DNA from: Octopus sinensis | Lineage: Eukaryota | Direction: 5' to 3' | Length of the DNA: 64,000 bases | NCBI RefSeq assembly: GCF_006345805.1 | Contig: NC_043001.1 | Span: 64,418,001 to 64,482,000 of the forward strand | Part shown: positions 23,501 to 36,665 of the stretch, piece after piece | Numbering within the stretch: the stretch's first letter is position 1 | Layout of the letters: each line of letters begins with the position of its first letter | Program-made: the position numbers and the translations under genes | Notes under the pieces: generated by a model | Database searches by the model: none | What the model was told of the DNA's origin: nothing | What the model saw: only the letters and a program-made list of their open reading frames with translations

Positions 23501-25010
23501 ACACCATGGAAGATACCAGATTGCTGTCCGACATGCCAATTAAAATCTCCAGCTGCAAAGATGAGGTCATTGCCAATTGTCTTTGAGGTAGCCTGTAGAA
23601 GGGTATCATAAAAGTGGTCCTGATAATTTGGTAGTCCCGCATGTGGGGCATAGGCAGAAATAATTGTAGCTGTGCTGTTCTGTAGGACTAGCCTGAGCTT
23701 AAGCACTCTATCGCATACCCTGACAACCTCTATGACCTTATCCACCCATTTCTCCACAAGGAGTATGCCTACACCCCCTACACCATCCATGTTACCTTGC
23801 CAGAAGACTTTATACCTATGTGCCTTGCCTGCGAGGACCCTAGCTGAAGCTCCTCTCCATCTTACCTCTTGTATGCAGCATACATCAACCCGTCTCCTTT
23901 CAAACATCTCTACAATCTCACTAGACCTACCTTTCAGTGTGCTAACATTGACAGTGCCAAATCTGAAAACTGGGAAGATAATGAGGGATAAGGTTTGGGG
24001 AGAAGGGATGTTATTCAGTGCCTGAAAAGAAGAGGGTTGTTGTGGTGTTCGCTTTTTAGGCATGCTTCATTTGATCTTTCCTCCGACCTGACAACATTCA
24101 AGCATCTTAAGATTGTTGCCCCTACCGGAGATAGGAGCCGGTGTTAGCAGCATTGTAAGCATAAGCATTATGGTCATCGAATGATGTAAATTTAAGTGGT
24201 GTAGCAGAAATATGGATATTCCAGTGTTAGGTTAGGAGGGAGCAGAAATATGGATATTCCAATGTTAGGTTAGGAGGGGGTCAGCTGAAAACTGGTTGTG
24301 TTTGTCCAAGTAGAGGGGGATTGCAGGTATAATGGAGGGTACCACCAGCGGGGAAGGATTCAGACAGAGAGAGAGAGAGGAAACAAGCTCTTTCCTGCAT
24401 TCCTACAAGTGCACCCACACACAGGAACAAGCATGCATGGACAGCCGAATAGCTTTTACCTTTACTTCCCAAGGCCAAGGAAATGGGTAGTTGTTGGCAT
24501 ATTTCTAGACAACGAAAATGGAATGAAAGATAGCTGAACCTGGTTGTGTTTGTCCCAGTAGAGAGGGAGAGAGGTAGAGAAAGAGAGGGAGAGAGGTAGG
24601 GAGAGAAGTAGAGAAAGAGAGGTAGAGAAAGAGAGAGTGTAGGTAATATAGGGAACAGCACCAGTGAGGAGGGGTGAAAAATTTCTAGACAGAACGAGAC
24701 GTAAGATAGCACCATTGAGGAGGGGGAATTGGGAGAAGAGATAACTGGTAGGGGTAGTGACAGATTTCTAAATAGAATGAAAAGTAAGATAACTGATTAA
24801 GTGGGTGGGTTGATGAGCAGCTGCGCTGGCTGCGTATGTCCTCGGAGAGAGAGAAGTGCAGGTAATATATGAAGAATAGCCTGTTGAGGAGGAGGGGTTG
24901 GAAGAATAAATAGACTCAGACAATGGTGGTTGGAGAAGGGATATCCGGTGTAGATGGTACGAAGATAAAGATATCTGGTATTGGTGGTGGTGGGAAAGGG
25001 CGGGCACAAC
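20560..25010 (-). mobile_element. RTE LINE, near full-length, degenerate (subfamily B)
   Basis: APE ORF 23182-24063, RT/PHD fragments 21207-22826, tail at ~20560-20600, purine-rich (plus strand) 5' UTR to ~25010. Confidence 0.94.
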
Positions 25011-25799
25011 AATGTTGTTTGTTACTTCTGAAAGTATTGATAAAGTTTGGATATGCACCATATATGGTCTCTCATTTTGTAAATAATAATATAGATTAAT
25101 TCATTGGGAACTGTGCTTGTTACTTGTTTGGTCTGTATTGATGATTTCTGTTGATTCACTAAATTCTCCCTTGCATGGTGTGCGAATAACAATCATTATT
25201 TAAGTAACTTCAAATCTGGTAACCCCTACACAATTAGTAAATTTGATTTGTATTGCTGTAGCTTGCTCTCTCCATGTTTCAGGTTAGCTAAATAATTTTC
25301 CTACTATTCTCTTATTCCTTCCCACTCACTAGGGCTTCTTGTGCCATTCTCAGCTACTGTTACTGCTATTGTCTTCAGCCCAGGGAGAAAGCACCCTTCC
25401 GTAATCTCCACTTCCGGCCATAGCATATCTATAAAATACCTGACACACATGCTCCCTCCCTGTTTTCCACGCAACTCATTTCGACATAGATGGTTCTCCA
25501 ACACCCAGTTATGCATTGCTAAGCTAAGATATTCTCTCATTTTTCAATCTTTTCACTCATTCATTCGCTATTAATACTTTTAATCTGTATTATTTACTAA
25601 TATTCTACTTCCGTAAGTTAGTTATTTAAATTGACTCTTCATTATATAACTTCCTTATCTCTCTCTCTCTCTCTCTCTCTCTCAGCCTTTATTTCTCCTT
25701 AATTCTTCTTGTAATTTTCTTAATGAAATCTCTCCTTCACTCCTGTGTTCTCAAGTTAGCTACATATTTTTGTACCATCTCTCTAAATTAACCCTTGCT

Positions 25800-27625
25800 T
25801 GTTTGTGGTGCACCCACCACCAATACTGGATATCTCTCTTCTCTCACTGGAAAACCCACTCCTTCACTGGTGGTATCCTCTATCATACTGCATCTCCCTC
25901 ACCCTCCCCTAGTACAAATGCAACTAGTTTAACTGCCCACCTACTTAATTGGCTATCTTTCGTTTTGACTCAAAATTTGTCAACAAATTACTCAGTAATT
26001 TCCATGAATGTTTCGAAGTGGAATGAGAAAGCTAATGGGCTGTACATGTGTGCTTATTCCTGTGAGTGTGCACGTGTGTGCATGCTTGTTCTTGTCTGTG
26101 TGCATGCTTGTCTTTTGTGTGTGTGTGTGTGTGTGCATGTATGCACATGCTTGTTGCATGATTTTCTGTATGTGTGTGTACGGGGGCATGCTTGTTCCTC
26201 TCTTCTCTCATTGGAAACCCCCCTCCATTACTGGAGGTGCCCTCTATCATACCTACAATTTTCCTCTCCCTCTCTCTCTCCTGGGACAAATGCAACTAGT
26301 CTAGCTTCCCACCTACTTAATTTAACATTGACTTATCGATATTCATATTCTCCTTATCTACCTTTATTTATTTATATATGTAACACCAGTAATGCTTAAA
26401 TTTATGATTTTACAATGTCCATAATGCTTATACTTACAATGCCACTAACACCCACTCCTACCCTCGGTAGGGGCAACAATCTTAACATGCTTGAATGTTT
26501 GAATGATGACAGGTCAAAAGTGAGAACTCGAAAACCTTCTTCTTCATTTCAGGCACTGAATAACATCTCCCCTCCCCATGTCACCTCCCTCATTCCCAGT
26601 TTTTAGAGTTGGCACTGTCAATGTAGGCACACTGAAAGGTAGAATTAATGAGATTGTAGAGATGCTTGACTGGAGATGTGTTGATGTATGCTGCATACAA
26701 GAGGCAAAGTGGAGCGGAGCTTCAGCCAGGGTCCTCACAGGCACATAGGTATAAAATCTTCTGGGAAGGTAACAGTGATGGAGTAGGGTGTAGGCATACT
26801 CCTTGTGGAGAAATGGGTGGATAAGGTAATAGAAGTAGTCAGGGTATGCGATAGAGTGCTTAAGCTCAGGCTAGTCCTGCAGAATAATATATCTACAATT
26901 ATCTCTACCACCAAATGGTCAGAAGGATCACTTTTATGATACCTCAAAGACGAGTTGCAGCTGGAGATTTTAATTGGCATGTCGGACAGCAATCTGGTAT
27001 CTTCCATGGCATGCAACATATTAATTTGCAACACTAGCTTCAGGAAGCCAGACAGCCACATGATAACCTATCAATCAGGGGACTCTTCTAACCAGATTGA
27101 TTTCATCCTTACCAGACAGTGGGATGAAAGGTTGCTCTTGAATACAGAGACCCTCCCTGGTGAAGAATGTACCCCACAGCATAGGCTAGTTATTAGTGAC
27201 TTTAGACTCAAAGCCAGAAGGATGCTAAGAAGCAGACCAATCCAGAAAAGAAGGATTTGGAGGCTTAAGAACCCTTCACATGGTCAGAGATTTAGGGACA
27301 TCCTCATCAAGAAATTTGATGAGAGGGAGGAGGAGCTATAGACTTCAGACATAGAGGGTAACTGGAAATTCCTATGGGGCAGCATAGGAATTTGGAGAAT
27401 GTGGAGAATGAATGGAAAGATGAGAGTCTGCCAAATGTTAACCCAGTAGGAGGACCAGCTACCTGAATAGAAAGCATCCTGGTAGATAAAGCAATTAAGT
27501 ATATGAAGTCAGGAAAAGCCCTCAGCCCATCAGCAATCACTGCTGAGATGCTTAAAATATCTGGTGGTGTGGCTTATGGTCTAGTCACCAGTATTGTAAA
27601 CAAGGTGGTTCACGATGGAGTCATC
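25800..27625 (+). mobile_element. RTE LINE 5' portion (subfamily B), internally deleted and 3'-truncated
   Basis: 5' UTR homologous to 24060-24350 (inverted), APE remnants, ends at QVVHDGVI of the RT. Confidence 0.88.
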
Positions 27626-27639
27626 CACACATATAAAGA

Positions 27640-28752
27640 TGCACATCCATACATACAAACATAGTACATAGTTACATAACACACACACACACAGATATGC
27701 TCACACAAGGAGACAGAGGTGCATATATATACAAATACATGCTCACACACACATACATAGAAAATACACAAACACAGACAGGCAAACACATAAATATGCA
27801 GGATACGTACATACAGATGCACACACATACATACATATGCATATACACACACATATATACATACACATGCAAACACACACACCCATACATACGTACATGC
27901 TTGCATGTATAGGCACACACGCACACACTGACCCACACACATGCACACAAACAAACAAAAGGGAACGCAGTGTAAATAACAGACAGAGTCAAGACTATTG
28001 AAAAGGTTGCAACACGCAACGAAAATTTTAGAAAATAAAAATAAGAAATAAGTGGAAATTTTACTGGTGAGTGTGTTAAATAATAAGGCACTAAAAGAGA
28101 ATGACTCTCCCCAGACACAACAGAATATGCTTCAACACACGAACTTATATAAAGAATCTTGCAAACCAAATCCAAAAACGAAATATCTCTATATTTAATT
28201 TATCTTTATATACGTATATATGTATATGCACATATATGAATGTAAACAGATAGACATACAAATAGATACATAGGTAATATGAGGTAATATGGGCAGAGAA
28301 GCACACACACGCACACTTACATACACACATATACGCAAATGAAAACTGAAGCACATGACCATACAAATGCACACACTTCGCACAAGGACTCATATGGAGA
28401 CACACATCCATATATAGTTACAAAAAGCCCACACTCAGAATGCACACACAAGGAGACAGAGGTACACACACAAGTACACACATACACACACACACACACA
28501 TGCAAACACATGAATATGTAGAATACATACGTACAAACATACACACATGCATATATATATATATATATATATATATGCATACATGCACATACATGCATAC
28601 ATACATACATACATACATACATACATACATACATACATACATACATACATACATACATACATACATACATACATACATACATACATACATACATACATAC
28701 ATTCATACATACATACATACATACATACATACATACATACATACATCATACA

Positions 28753-28783
<31 letters not shown>

Positions 28784-29066
28784 GTGTATGCACATGTACA
28801 CTGACCCACACACATGTGCACAACCAAATAAAAAGAATGCAGCTCGGATAATGGACAATCAACAACTATTGGAAAGGTTGCAAGATGTAATAAAAATTTT
28901 AGAAAAAATAAAAAAGTAAATTAATGGAAATTGAACCAGTGAGTGTGTTAAATAATAAGGCACTAAAAGAAAGTGACTCTCCCCAGACACAATAAAATAT
29001 GCTTCAACACAAGAATTCCCATAAAGAATCTTGCAAACCAAATTCAAAAACGAAATATATATATAT
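27640..29066. repeat. Two tandem copies of unclassified microsatellite-rich repeat family X
   Basis: Core ..TTGCAAGA..GGAAATT..GTGAGTGTGTTAAATAATAAGGCACTAAAAG..CCCCAGACACAA..AAAGAATCTTGCAAACCAAAT at ~27940-28190 and ~28815-29060. Also at ~45830 and ~56670. Confidence 0.85.
28597..28781. repeat. (ATAC)n microsatellite
   Basis: Direct inspection. Confidence 0.97.
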
Positions 29067-29220
29067 AGGTGAATTAAGTTAGAGGTTATAACAACCATCT
29101 AAAGGATACTTGTATCCAATGAATCCACTGGTGTATTACCTATATTTAATCAGGAGCATTGGTATTAATGCTCCTAAATGATAGGTAATGACAAGAATAA
29201 ACTAAAGTTTATCAATATTC

Positions 29221-29795
29221 AAGAAAAGCAGAAATGGAGATAAAATTGATGAATAACAATTGACTTATATCAATTATAATTTATTAATTAATTATAAAAA
29301 GACAGGATCTCAACTAACAGTTGTTTCTGTTAGTGTGGTTCCCAGGCTTAACCACCACAATAATAATAATAGTAGTTATCATTGTAAGTAATTAATTATA
29401 CAATTTGAATCGCGGAACTTCATCAGAGGGAAAAAGTAAATAAAGTAAAAAGAAAAAGGAGGAAGTGAGAATGGTGTTAATCAATTCATGCTTGTCAGTT
29501 GAAAGTTTCCCTGTGGGTTAGCATGTAGCATGAATTGATTATCATCATTCTCACTTTCTCTTTCTTTTTCTCTTTACTTTTACTTTATTTATTTTCTGCT
29601 CTGATGAAGTTCCTTGATTCAAATTGGTATAATTAATTACTTACAATGATAAATATTATTGTGGTGGTTAATCTTGGGAATCACGCAAACAGAAACAGCT
29701 GCAAGTTGAGATCCTGTCTTTTTGTAATTTATGAATAAATTATAATTTATGTAAGTTAATTGTGATTCATCAATTTTATCTCCATTTTCTGCTTT

Positions 29796-29799
<4 letters not shown>
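29221..29799. repeat. ~580-bp imperfect palindrome (two ~270-bp arms, 34-nt spacer) with a degenerate hammerhead core in each arm
   Basis: Arms 29221-29492 and 29527-29799. CTGATGA at 29601 with GAAACAGCTGCA at 29692; mirror copy on minus strand at 29426 and 29327. Confidence 0.88.
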
Positions 29800-29832
<33 letters not shown>

Positions 29833-29838
<6 letters not shown>

Positions 29839-31070
29839 CCATAAGTAATGTCTGGATTTCAAATAAGGAAAACAAGTGATCAAATCTTACATTTTAATGT
29901 AACTTCACTGTCAATATAGTTCCCATGATTATCTATGACATATTTCCATCTTTTCGTAAGCTTTTTAATCCCATTAGTGAAAAATTCTTTACGTTTCAAA
30001 GAGACCTCTGAAAGGTTCAGTTGTTTGGAGAGTTAATCCATCCAAATGATTCTATAAGCTATGGAACAAATGGTAATCTGAAGGAGCAAGGTCTGGGGAA
30101 TAAGGGAAATGAGTAGTTTTCTCCCAACCAAATTTCTTGATCTTCTGTGACATGATGTTTGTTGTGTAGAGGCTTGCATTGTCCTGATGAAACACCACTC
30201 CCTTTTGATTCACTAAAGCAGGCCTTTTTTTTCTTCAAAGCAGTATTGAAATGCTCTAATTGCTGACAGTAATTTTGTGCATTGATTGTTGCATTAGTTG
30301 GTAGCAACTCAAAGTGGATGACTCCTTTGCAATCCCACCAAACAGAGAGAAAACCTTTGCACAGAGTTCACTTTCCAGTTGTGGCTGGGCCTTTTCTCCT
30401 TCACCAAGCTAATGTCTATGACACATAACATTTTGATAAAAAAAAACAACCCACTTTTCATCCCCAGTCACGAGTCTGTCCAAAATGGGGTAGATAAGTT
30501 CATGATAATGAAGAGAAGAGCAGATGTCCACTCAGGATTTGCGGTTGGCTTCAAACAAATAATGAGGCACCTATTTTTCAAGTTTTAGCACCTTTCCAAG
30601 CTGTTGAAGATGGCGGTGACCAGTTATATGGCTTAAATGAAGCTTGCTTGTCAAGTTCTGCCAAAAGGAACATGTCACAAACTCAACTGGACATCCTGTT
30701 TGGGCCTCATTTTCAAGGCTGAAATCTCCACTTCTGAATTTTGCAAACCATCTTCTGCAAGATCTTTCATTCGGGCACTCTGCTCCATAAGTTGGTTAAT
30801 ATTTTGAGTCACTCCAGCTGCAGGGTTCCCTTTTTTTATACTCATAAAGCATTATGTGCCTCAAATGCTCCTTAGACTCTTCCATGTTTGAATAGCTATA
30901 ATTAGTGAAATTTTCAATTAGATTATCCTGAAAAATAAAATTTAATTAGTTTAAATATGTCCAAATACGTATAAATATTACTGGATGCCATAAGATATTC
31001 TAAAATACTGTTAAAGTATTTACAAATTGAAAATATAGAAGTCTAGATATTACTTATGGGATGATTGGTA
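29833..31070 (-). mobile_element. Degenerate mariner (DD34D-type) transposon
   Basis: TINAQNYCQQL..HQDNA..PYSPDLAPSDYHLF. TIR-like CCATAAGTAAT(G/A)TCT(G/A)GA(T/C)TTC at ~29838 and inverted at ~31038-31060. Confidence 0.88.
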
Positions 31071-32210
31071 TATACAAAGTTATTATCAGTTCAAATATGC
31101 TTGGGGCATATTTGAACCTGTGTTTTGTCATGAAGAAAATTTTTCACTGACAAATGCTATAAGTAGATAAAAAATCAACTCACAGTGTCACCTGCCCAGA
31201 CTGTGAGATGCAAGTATTTTGGAGTGGGTGTCTCCTCCTCAGTTACAGATATTGGACAGGGTATGCTGCAAGCTGATAAGCGAGATTGTCTCTCTTATGA
31301 TATTCCTGTCATTGTACAATGACTGGTAGCCATTAATTGGTGGATCACTGCAAACAAATTACAGAGTGGAAGTGCTAAGCAGTGGTGTATATAAATACAT
31401 TATTACCAGTTCAAATATACTTGGGGCATATCTAAGCCTGCAAGAAAACCATTCAGTGTGTTTTGTCATGGAGATGACAAATTTCTTGTTGTCAACAGAT
31501 AATTATAATTTATGATAAAAATTTATTTTCGTTTTGTTTAAAATGCCGAGGAATTCTGAGCAAAACATCTCATTACAGTTTACCTGCATTTAGCATCCTA
31601 TCACTCACTCCCACTTCATTGTTTTAGTTTCTCTCATCCAGTATGAATGATTCCTTACATTTTATTATATTATATGTACGATATGATATGAAAGCAGAAT
31701 GAACTTTCAAATACAAGAGACAAACAGAACAAATAATTAGAGACACTGTTATAGCAAGAGAGTAGAAATGTTGTTTGATAATTCAGAGCACTATTTCATT
31801 AAGCATTCTGAAATAAATGCAAGAACTAAACAGAGGGACACTCTCTTCTGTCAAATGACTTAGAAAGTATAAATCTTATGAATTGGAACAAATTCAACAG
31901 TTCAAACACTTAAGTGTTTCTCACAAAAAAAGTACATGTATGTATGTGAGTGAGATACATACCTATACACACACAGACACACACACAAACAAACAAACAA
32001 AGACACATAGCATATTATATATATGTTGATGGCCATATTAAGCAGACATATTTACCTCTGCTACAAAATATAAATCTTCCATTTTTCTTGAAAACTCCAG
32101 TCGTCTTTGGCAATTATCCTTTACTTTGACATTGTTCATATATTTTATTTTTTTATCTATGTGAGTGCTAAAAAAATACATCCTTTGTCTTTGAAATTAC
32201 TGTCTATTTA

Positions 32211-35200
32211 ATCGGATGTAGAGGGTTTGTTGGACACAGTGTGAGACAACTGTTGTTATCGTTAGGCCTAACTCATCATAAAGTCAATACCACCATGACC
32301 GATATCCAAACTACAGTGGAGAAGGCTAGCCACTGGATTTGATTAAAAAGAAACAATGATCGATGGCTAGAAGAATGTTGAGCTTTATTTGATAACCAGT
32401 TGATCTAGCAAGAGGGGCCTCATATTAGTGAGGGAAGCCGGTGCGCATTGATGTCGTCAAGAGGTAGGCCCCAAAACGGCGTGCATTCTCTCCTGATGAC
32501 CCCATACACTTGCTGGTTTCCGGTATGTGGAGTTTTTGACTGATAGCACTTGCATGTACAAGTTGTTTGCAAGACATCTAAGACCTTGTGGTAGATAGTC
32601 ACTGACAAACTGGAAAGACGAGTGGACAATAGGAAAGACTATCGACACCAGGAAAGACTGGCGGGGGCTGCAGACTTACGATCCTCGCCTTTGTAATATA
32701 TTGTAACAGATACGAATGGAAATGACAGCCTCACAATTGACCGAGAGGGGGGAGTCGAGAATCAATCAGACCCAGTTAGCATGGAAATGACCTTGGAAAC
32801 GAGTACGGTTATACATTCGAACAGTGAACGAAATGCAAACAACTTTGGATGCAAACTGTGCTGTAGAACCTTTGCAACAATGAGAGGCTTGAAGATACAC
32901 CAGGGAAAGACTTGTGAGAAGAAGACAGAGCAGTATAGATCATCTGATCATAAAACCTGTGGCAAATCATCCCTGGACTCAAACCACAGTGGATCGATAA
33001 ATGCTACAGCAAAGACCTCTTCCCGTCAGGAAACTGCAAGTCATGAAACTGGTGCATCAGATAATACTCAGAGGAAACCAAGGGTTTTGTGGTCTGCTGC
33101 TAATGAGAAAGGGAAATATAAAGAGTTTGAAAACAAGGTGTGTCGGGCTCTTTATAAAATGACAAGCTCTACAGTGAAGAAACTGGGAAAATTAACAAGC
33201 TCAATTTACGATACAGGAAAGGATTTATTTGGAGTGAAAAAGAATATCCGATTAGCAAAAGGAAAGTGTGGTCCAAGCAGGAGGATCAGGAAAATGAAGC
33301 AGTTGAAGAAGGAAAAGACCAGCCTAAGAAAGTGATGGAGATGTGCTATGCAAGATGAGAAACCTGGCCTCACGCTGCTGTATAACGATTTGAAAAGGAA
33401 ATGTCATTATGTACAATGACATATCCGCCGATATGAGCGTCGAAAGGAGAGTAAAAGGACTTGGGGGCAGTTTCTGAAGGACCCATATGAGTTTACTAAG
33501 AAGCTGTTCACTGAACTGAAGAGTGGTTCTTTATCGTGCACGAAAGAAGAATTGGACGCTCATATCAAAGAAACCTACAGTGATCCGCACCGTAACCAGC
33601 CACTGCCACCTCTGCATAGGCTAAATCATCTCTCAGGATCTGATATTGAATTCCAGATTGGGGGCATCGGGGAGAGAGAGATGAATGATTTCGTAAGAAA
33701 AGCTAGAGCAAAGAGTGCCCCAGGAGGTGATGGCGTCTCATATAAAGTCTACAAATATTGCACTCGTCTGCAAAAGAAGCTCTTCATCCTACTCCGACAG
33801 CTGTGGCACAAGGAGACTATAGTAGAGGATTGGTGTAAGACAGAAGGTATATACCTGCCGAAGGAGGCCAATGCAGAGACTATAAAACAGTTTAGGCTGA
33901 TATCCTTATTGAATGTGGAAGGCAAGATCTTTATGGGAATTCTGTTGAGGGGAACAGTGACATATTTACAGAATAATGGATATGTTGATGAATCTGTTCA
34001 AAAGGCTGGGATCCCTGGATGCGTTGAACACTGTTTTTCGATTTGGAAAGCAATCCAGGATGCCAAACAGAACAAGAAAAGTCTGAACGTGGTATGGCTT
34101 GACCTAGCTAACACGTATGGTTCAGTGCCACACAAATTACTGATAAGAGCCATGGACCACTTCCACATTCCAGACAAAGTGATCAAAATAATGAGGATGT
34201 ACTATGACAGTTTCGAAATGAGGTTTACAGCTGGAGGTTTTACAACAGATTGGCACCGATTGGAGATTGGCATTGCTACTGACTGTACAATATCTGTCAT
34301 GTGGTTTATCTTAGTCATGGAGATGATTTTGAAAGCTGTAGATTTTTTGGAACAAGTCGCCCATGTACAATTGCCTAAGAAAGCCTTCATGAATGACTTG
34401 ACACTTCTAGCTACAGGTAACCAAATCATGCAGAATGCCCTCTTGAGATTAGATGAACTTGTGAGGTTGTCAAGGATGCGGTTTAGAGCAAGAAAGTCGC
34501 ATAGTCTGACATTTGTTAATGAAGTGCAGAAAGAATTTAAGTTTCGAATAGCTGAAGAAAGCATTCCAACAATCAAAGAAGAGCCCGTCAAGAGCTTGGG
34601 GTGAGTATACACTGGAACATTGTCAGACAGAAGTCGTGGGATGAAAATTATGAAACAGGCCGAGGCTGGATTATCAGTGATTGATAACTCGAATTATCAG
34701 GTTCTATAAAATTTGGTGCTTGCAGTTCGGCTTGTACCCGTGACTTGCGTGGCCACTTTTAATATACGAGGTAGATGTGTCACGAGTTCAGATCATTGAA
34801 CAAAAATGTAATGTGTTCATTAGAAAGTGGCTAGGCCCACCTCATATGTTGAACAGTTCAGCTCTTTATCATAAAAGCGGTTCGTTGCAGCTACCACTAG
34901 CATCAATAGTCGAAATATATAAACTGAGGGAAATATAGACGGTGATGATGCTGAGAGAATCGAAGGATATGGAAATCAGGCATAACCCACCAGAGGTGAA
35001 AACAGCCAGGAAGTGGAAAGCAGAAGCAGAGACTGATGACATCTTATCTTCTCTTATACACAGAGATATGGTGGGTGCAATGCAGAACCATCGGAAAGGA
35101 CTTGGTTTTGGCGCAGATCAGTTCAGACCATTTGCAAGTATGATGCGGAGTGAACACAGATCTGTTGTTAGCAACAGTGTTAAAATGAGAGAAGCAGACC

Positions 35201-35659
35201 ATGGACGCCGCTCGGGTTCAAAAGATTGACTGTTATGTAAACCTCCTCGATGAATGTGAAGACGCAGGCTGGAAAGCAGAGCATTTTCCAATCAAAGTCA
35301 GATGTAGGGTTTGTTGGATACAGTGTGAGACAACTGTTGTTATCGTTAGGCCTAACTCATTGTAAAGTCTATACCACCATGACCGAAACTACAGTGAAGA
35401 AGGCTAGCCACTGGATTTGGTTAAAAAGAGACGATGAGTGATAGCTAGAAGAATATTGAGCTTTATTTGATAACCAGTTGATCTAGCAAGCGGGGCCTCA
35501 TATCAGTGAGGGGGAGGGGCCAGTGAACATTGATGCCATCAAGAGGTAGGCCCTGAAATGGCACACATTCTCTCCTGATGACCCCATACACTTGCTGGCT
35601 TCTGGTATGTGGAGTTTTTGACTGGTAGCACTTGCATGTGCAAGTTGTTTGCAAGACAT
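32211..35659 (+). mobile_element. HERO-type (RLE-clade) non-LTR retrotransposon, degenerate, with ~370-bp 3'-end copy at its 5' side
   Basis: N-terminal CKLC..RGLKIHQGKTC finger (32781-33335), RT 33552-34604 (SAPGGDG, WLDLANTYGSVPH, AFMNDLTL), C-terminal GWKAEHFPI..GFVG..ASHWIWLKR. Clade name from recalled motif similarity. Confidence 0.85.
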
Positions 35660-36229
35660 TCCCTTAAACATTTTCTATGATTTTTTGTTTGTGTTATTAT
35701 TTGTTATCTCAAGTACACTCTTCATGCCAATATGAATTGTCAAATCTATTCTTTCTCATATTATTATGAAACAAAAAAAAATTTTTCATGTTCTGTTGTG
35801 TGAGTTAGTTGTCTATCATCTCAATCACACCTCAACCACAATAGGACTTTAAAACAAACTAATATAATCATATGCATGAGCCAGCATTTCGAAGTTCTCT
35901 AATGTTCTTATTAAGAATGTTTTTTCAAATGTCTTATAAAATTGGATACTTATTTTGATCCCAAAGTGGAAGCAACTGGAGTATTAAAGTTCATACTATC
36001 CTTCCCTGAGGAGAATCATAGTCAGACCCTGGCTGATCTTAAAAATGATTGATGGTCTGATTACATTAAGTTAGCAGGTAAAGTTTAATATAGTTACTGT
36101 CAGAGCTTCTTTTCTCAAGTTCCCAGTATTTCTTTCTGTAGCTTCAATGGAATCTTGGATGTCTTGGATGTGGCTTTTCCATAGGTATTGTTTTGACAGA
36201 AAAAGTATTGGCGTAGACATGTTCTTTAA

Positions 36230-36450
36230 CCCTTTCATTACCAACCCGGCTGAAACCGGCTCTGGCTCTTTAGTACAAATGTCTGGTTTTCAAAAGTTCC
36301 GAATTAAAACCTTCCACCAAACCTTAGTCACAATTTATGTCCCTAACTCCAGCTTAATGATAACGATGTTATTTTACTTAATTCTTTGTTATATTTAACA
36401 TAATTGGAAGAAACACTGAGCATCTCAAAATAAATTCAGTAACGAAAGGG
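36230..36450. mobile_element. piggyBac-like MITE
   Basis: TTAA|CCCTTTCATTAC ... GTAACGAAAGGG|TTAA. Confidence 0.88.
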
Positions 36451-36665
36451 TTAATCCATATATGAACTTGTTTGATGGTACTTTTGATGTAAAATTCATA
36501 AGGTTTGCTACACATGATTTTATACATCATATAAGGCCACAGACATACATTTTCCTCTTTGATTGGGTAGTTGGGCAATGTACATAAAGTGTTGTTTTGT
36601 CTTGGCCTGGTTTTTGTTAGGACCTTCCTCAGAGAAGGTCTGGAGTGTGCCAGTTTTATAGTTAA

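Noticed and set aside
28317-28919. Long ORFs such as MYVC.. and HTYI.. (also 27610-28175, 45568-45892, 56215-56791)
   Set aside because: Translations of (ATAC)n/(CA)n microsatellites.
31625-31660. IHTG-EK-like C2H2 linker on the minus strand
   Set aside because: Contains an in-frame stop and has no flanking finger pattern; likely chance.
32660-32695. GGCGGGG/CCTCGCC helix in the HERO 5' UTR as HDV ribozyme P1
   Set aside because: No GG for P1.1, no P3/L3 and no P2 partner.
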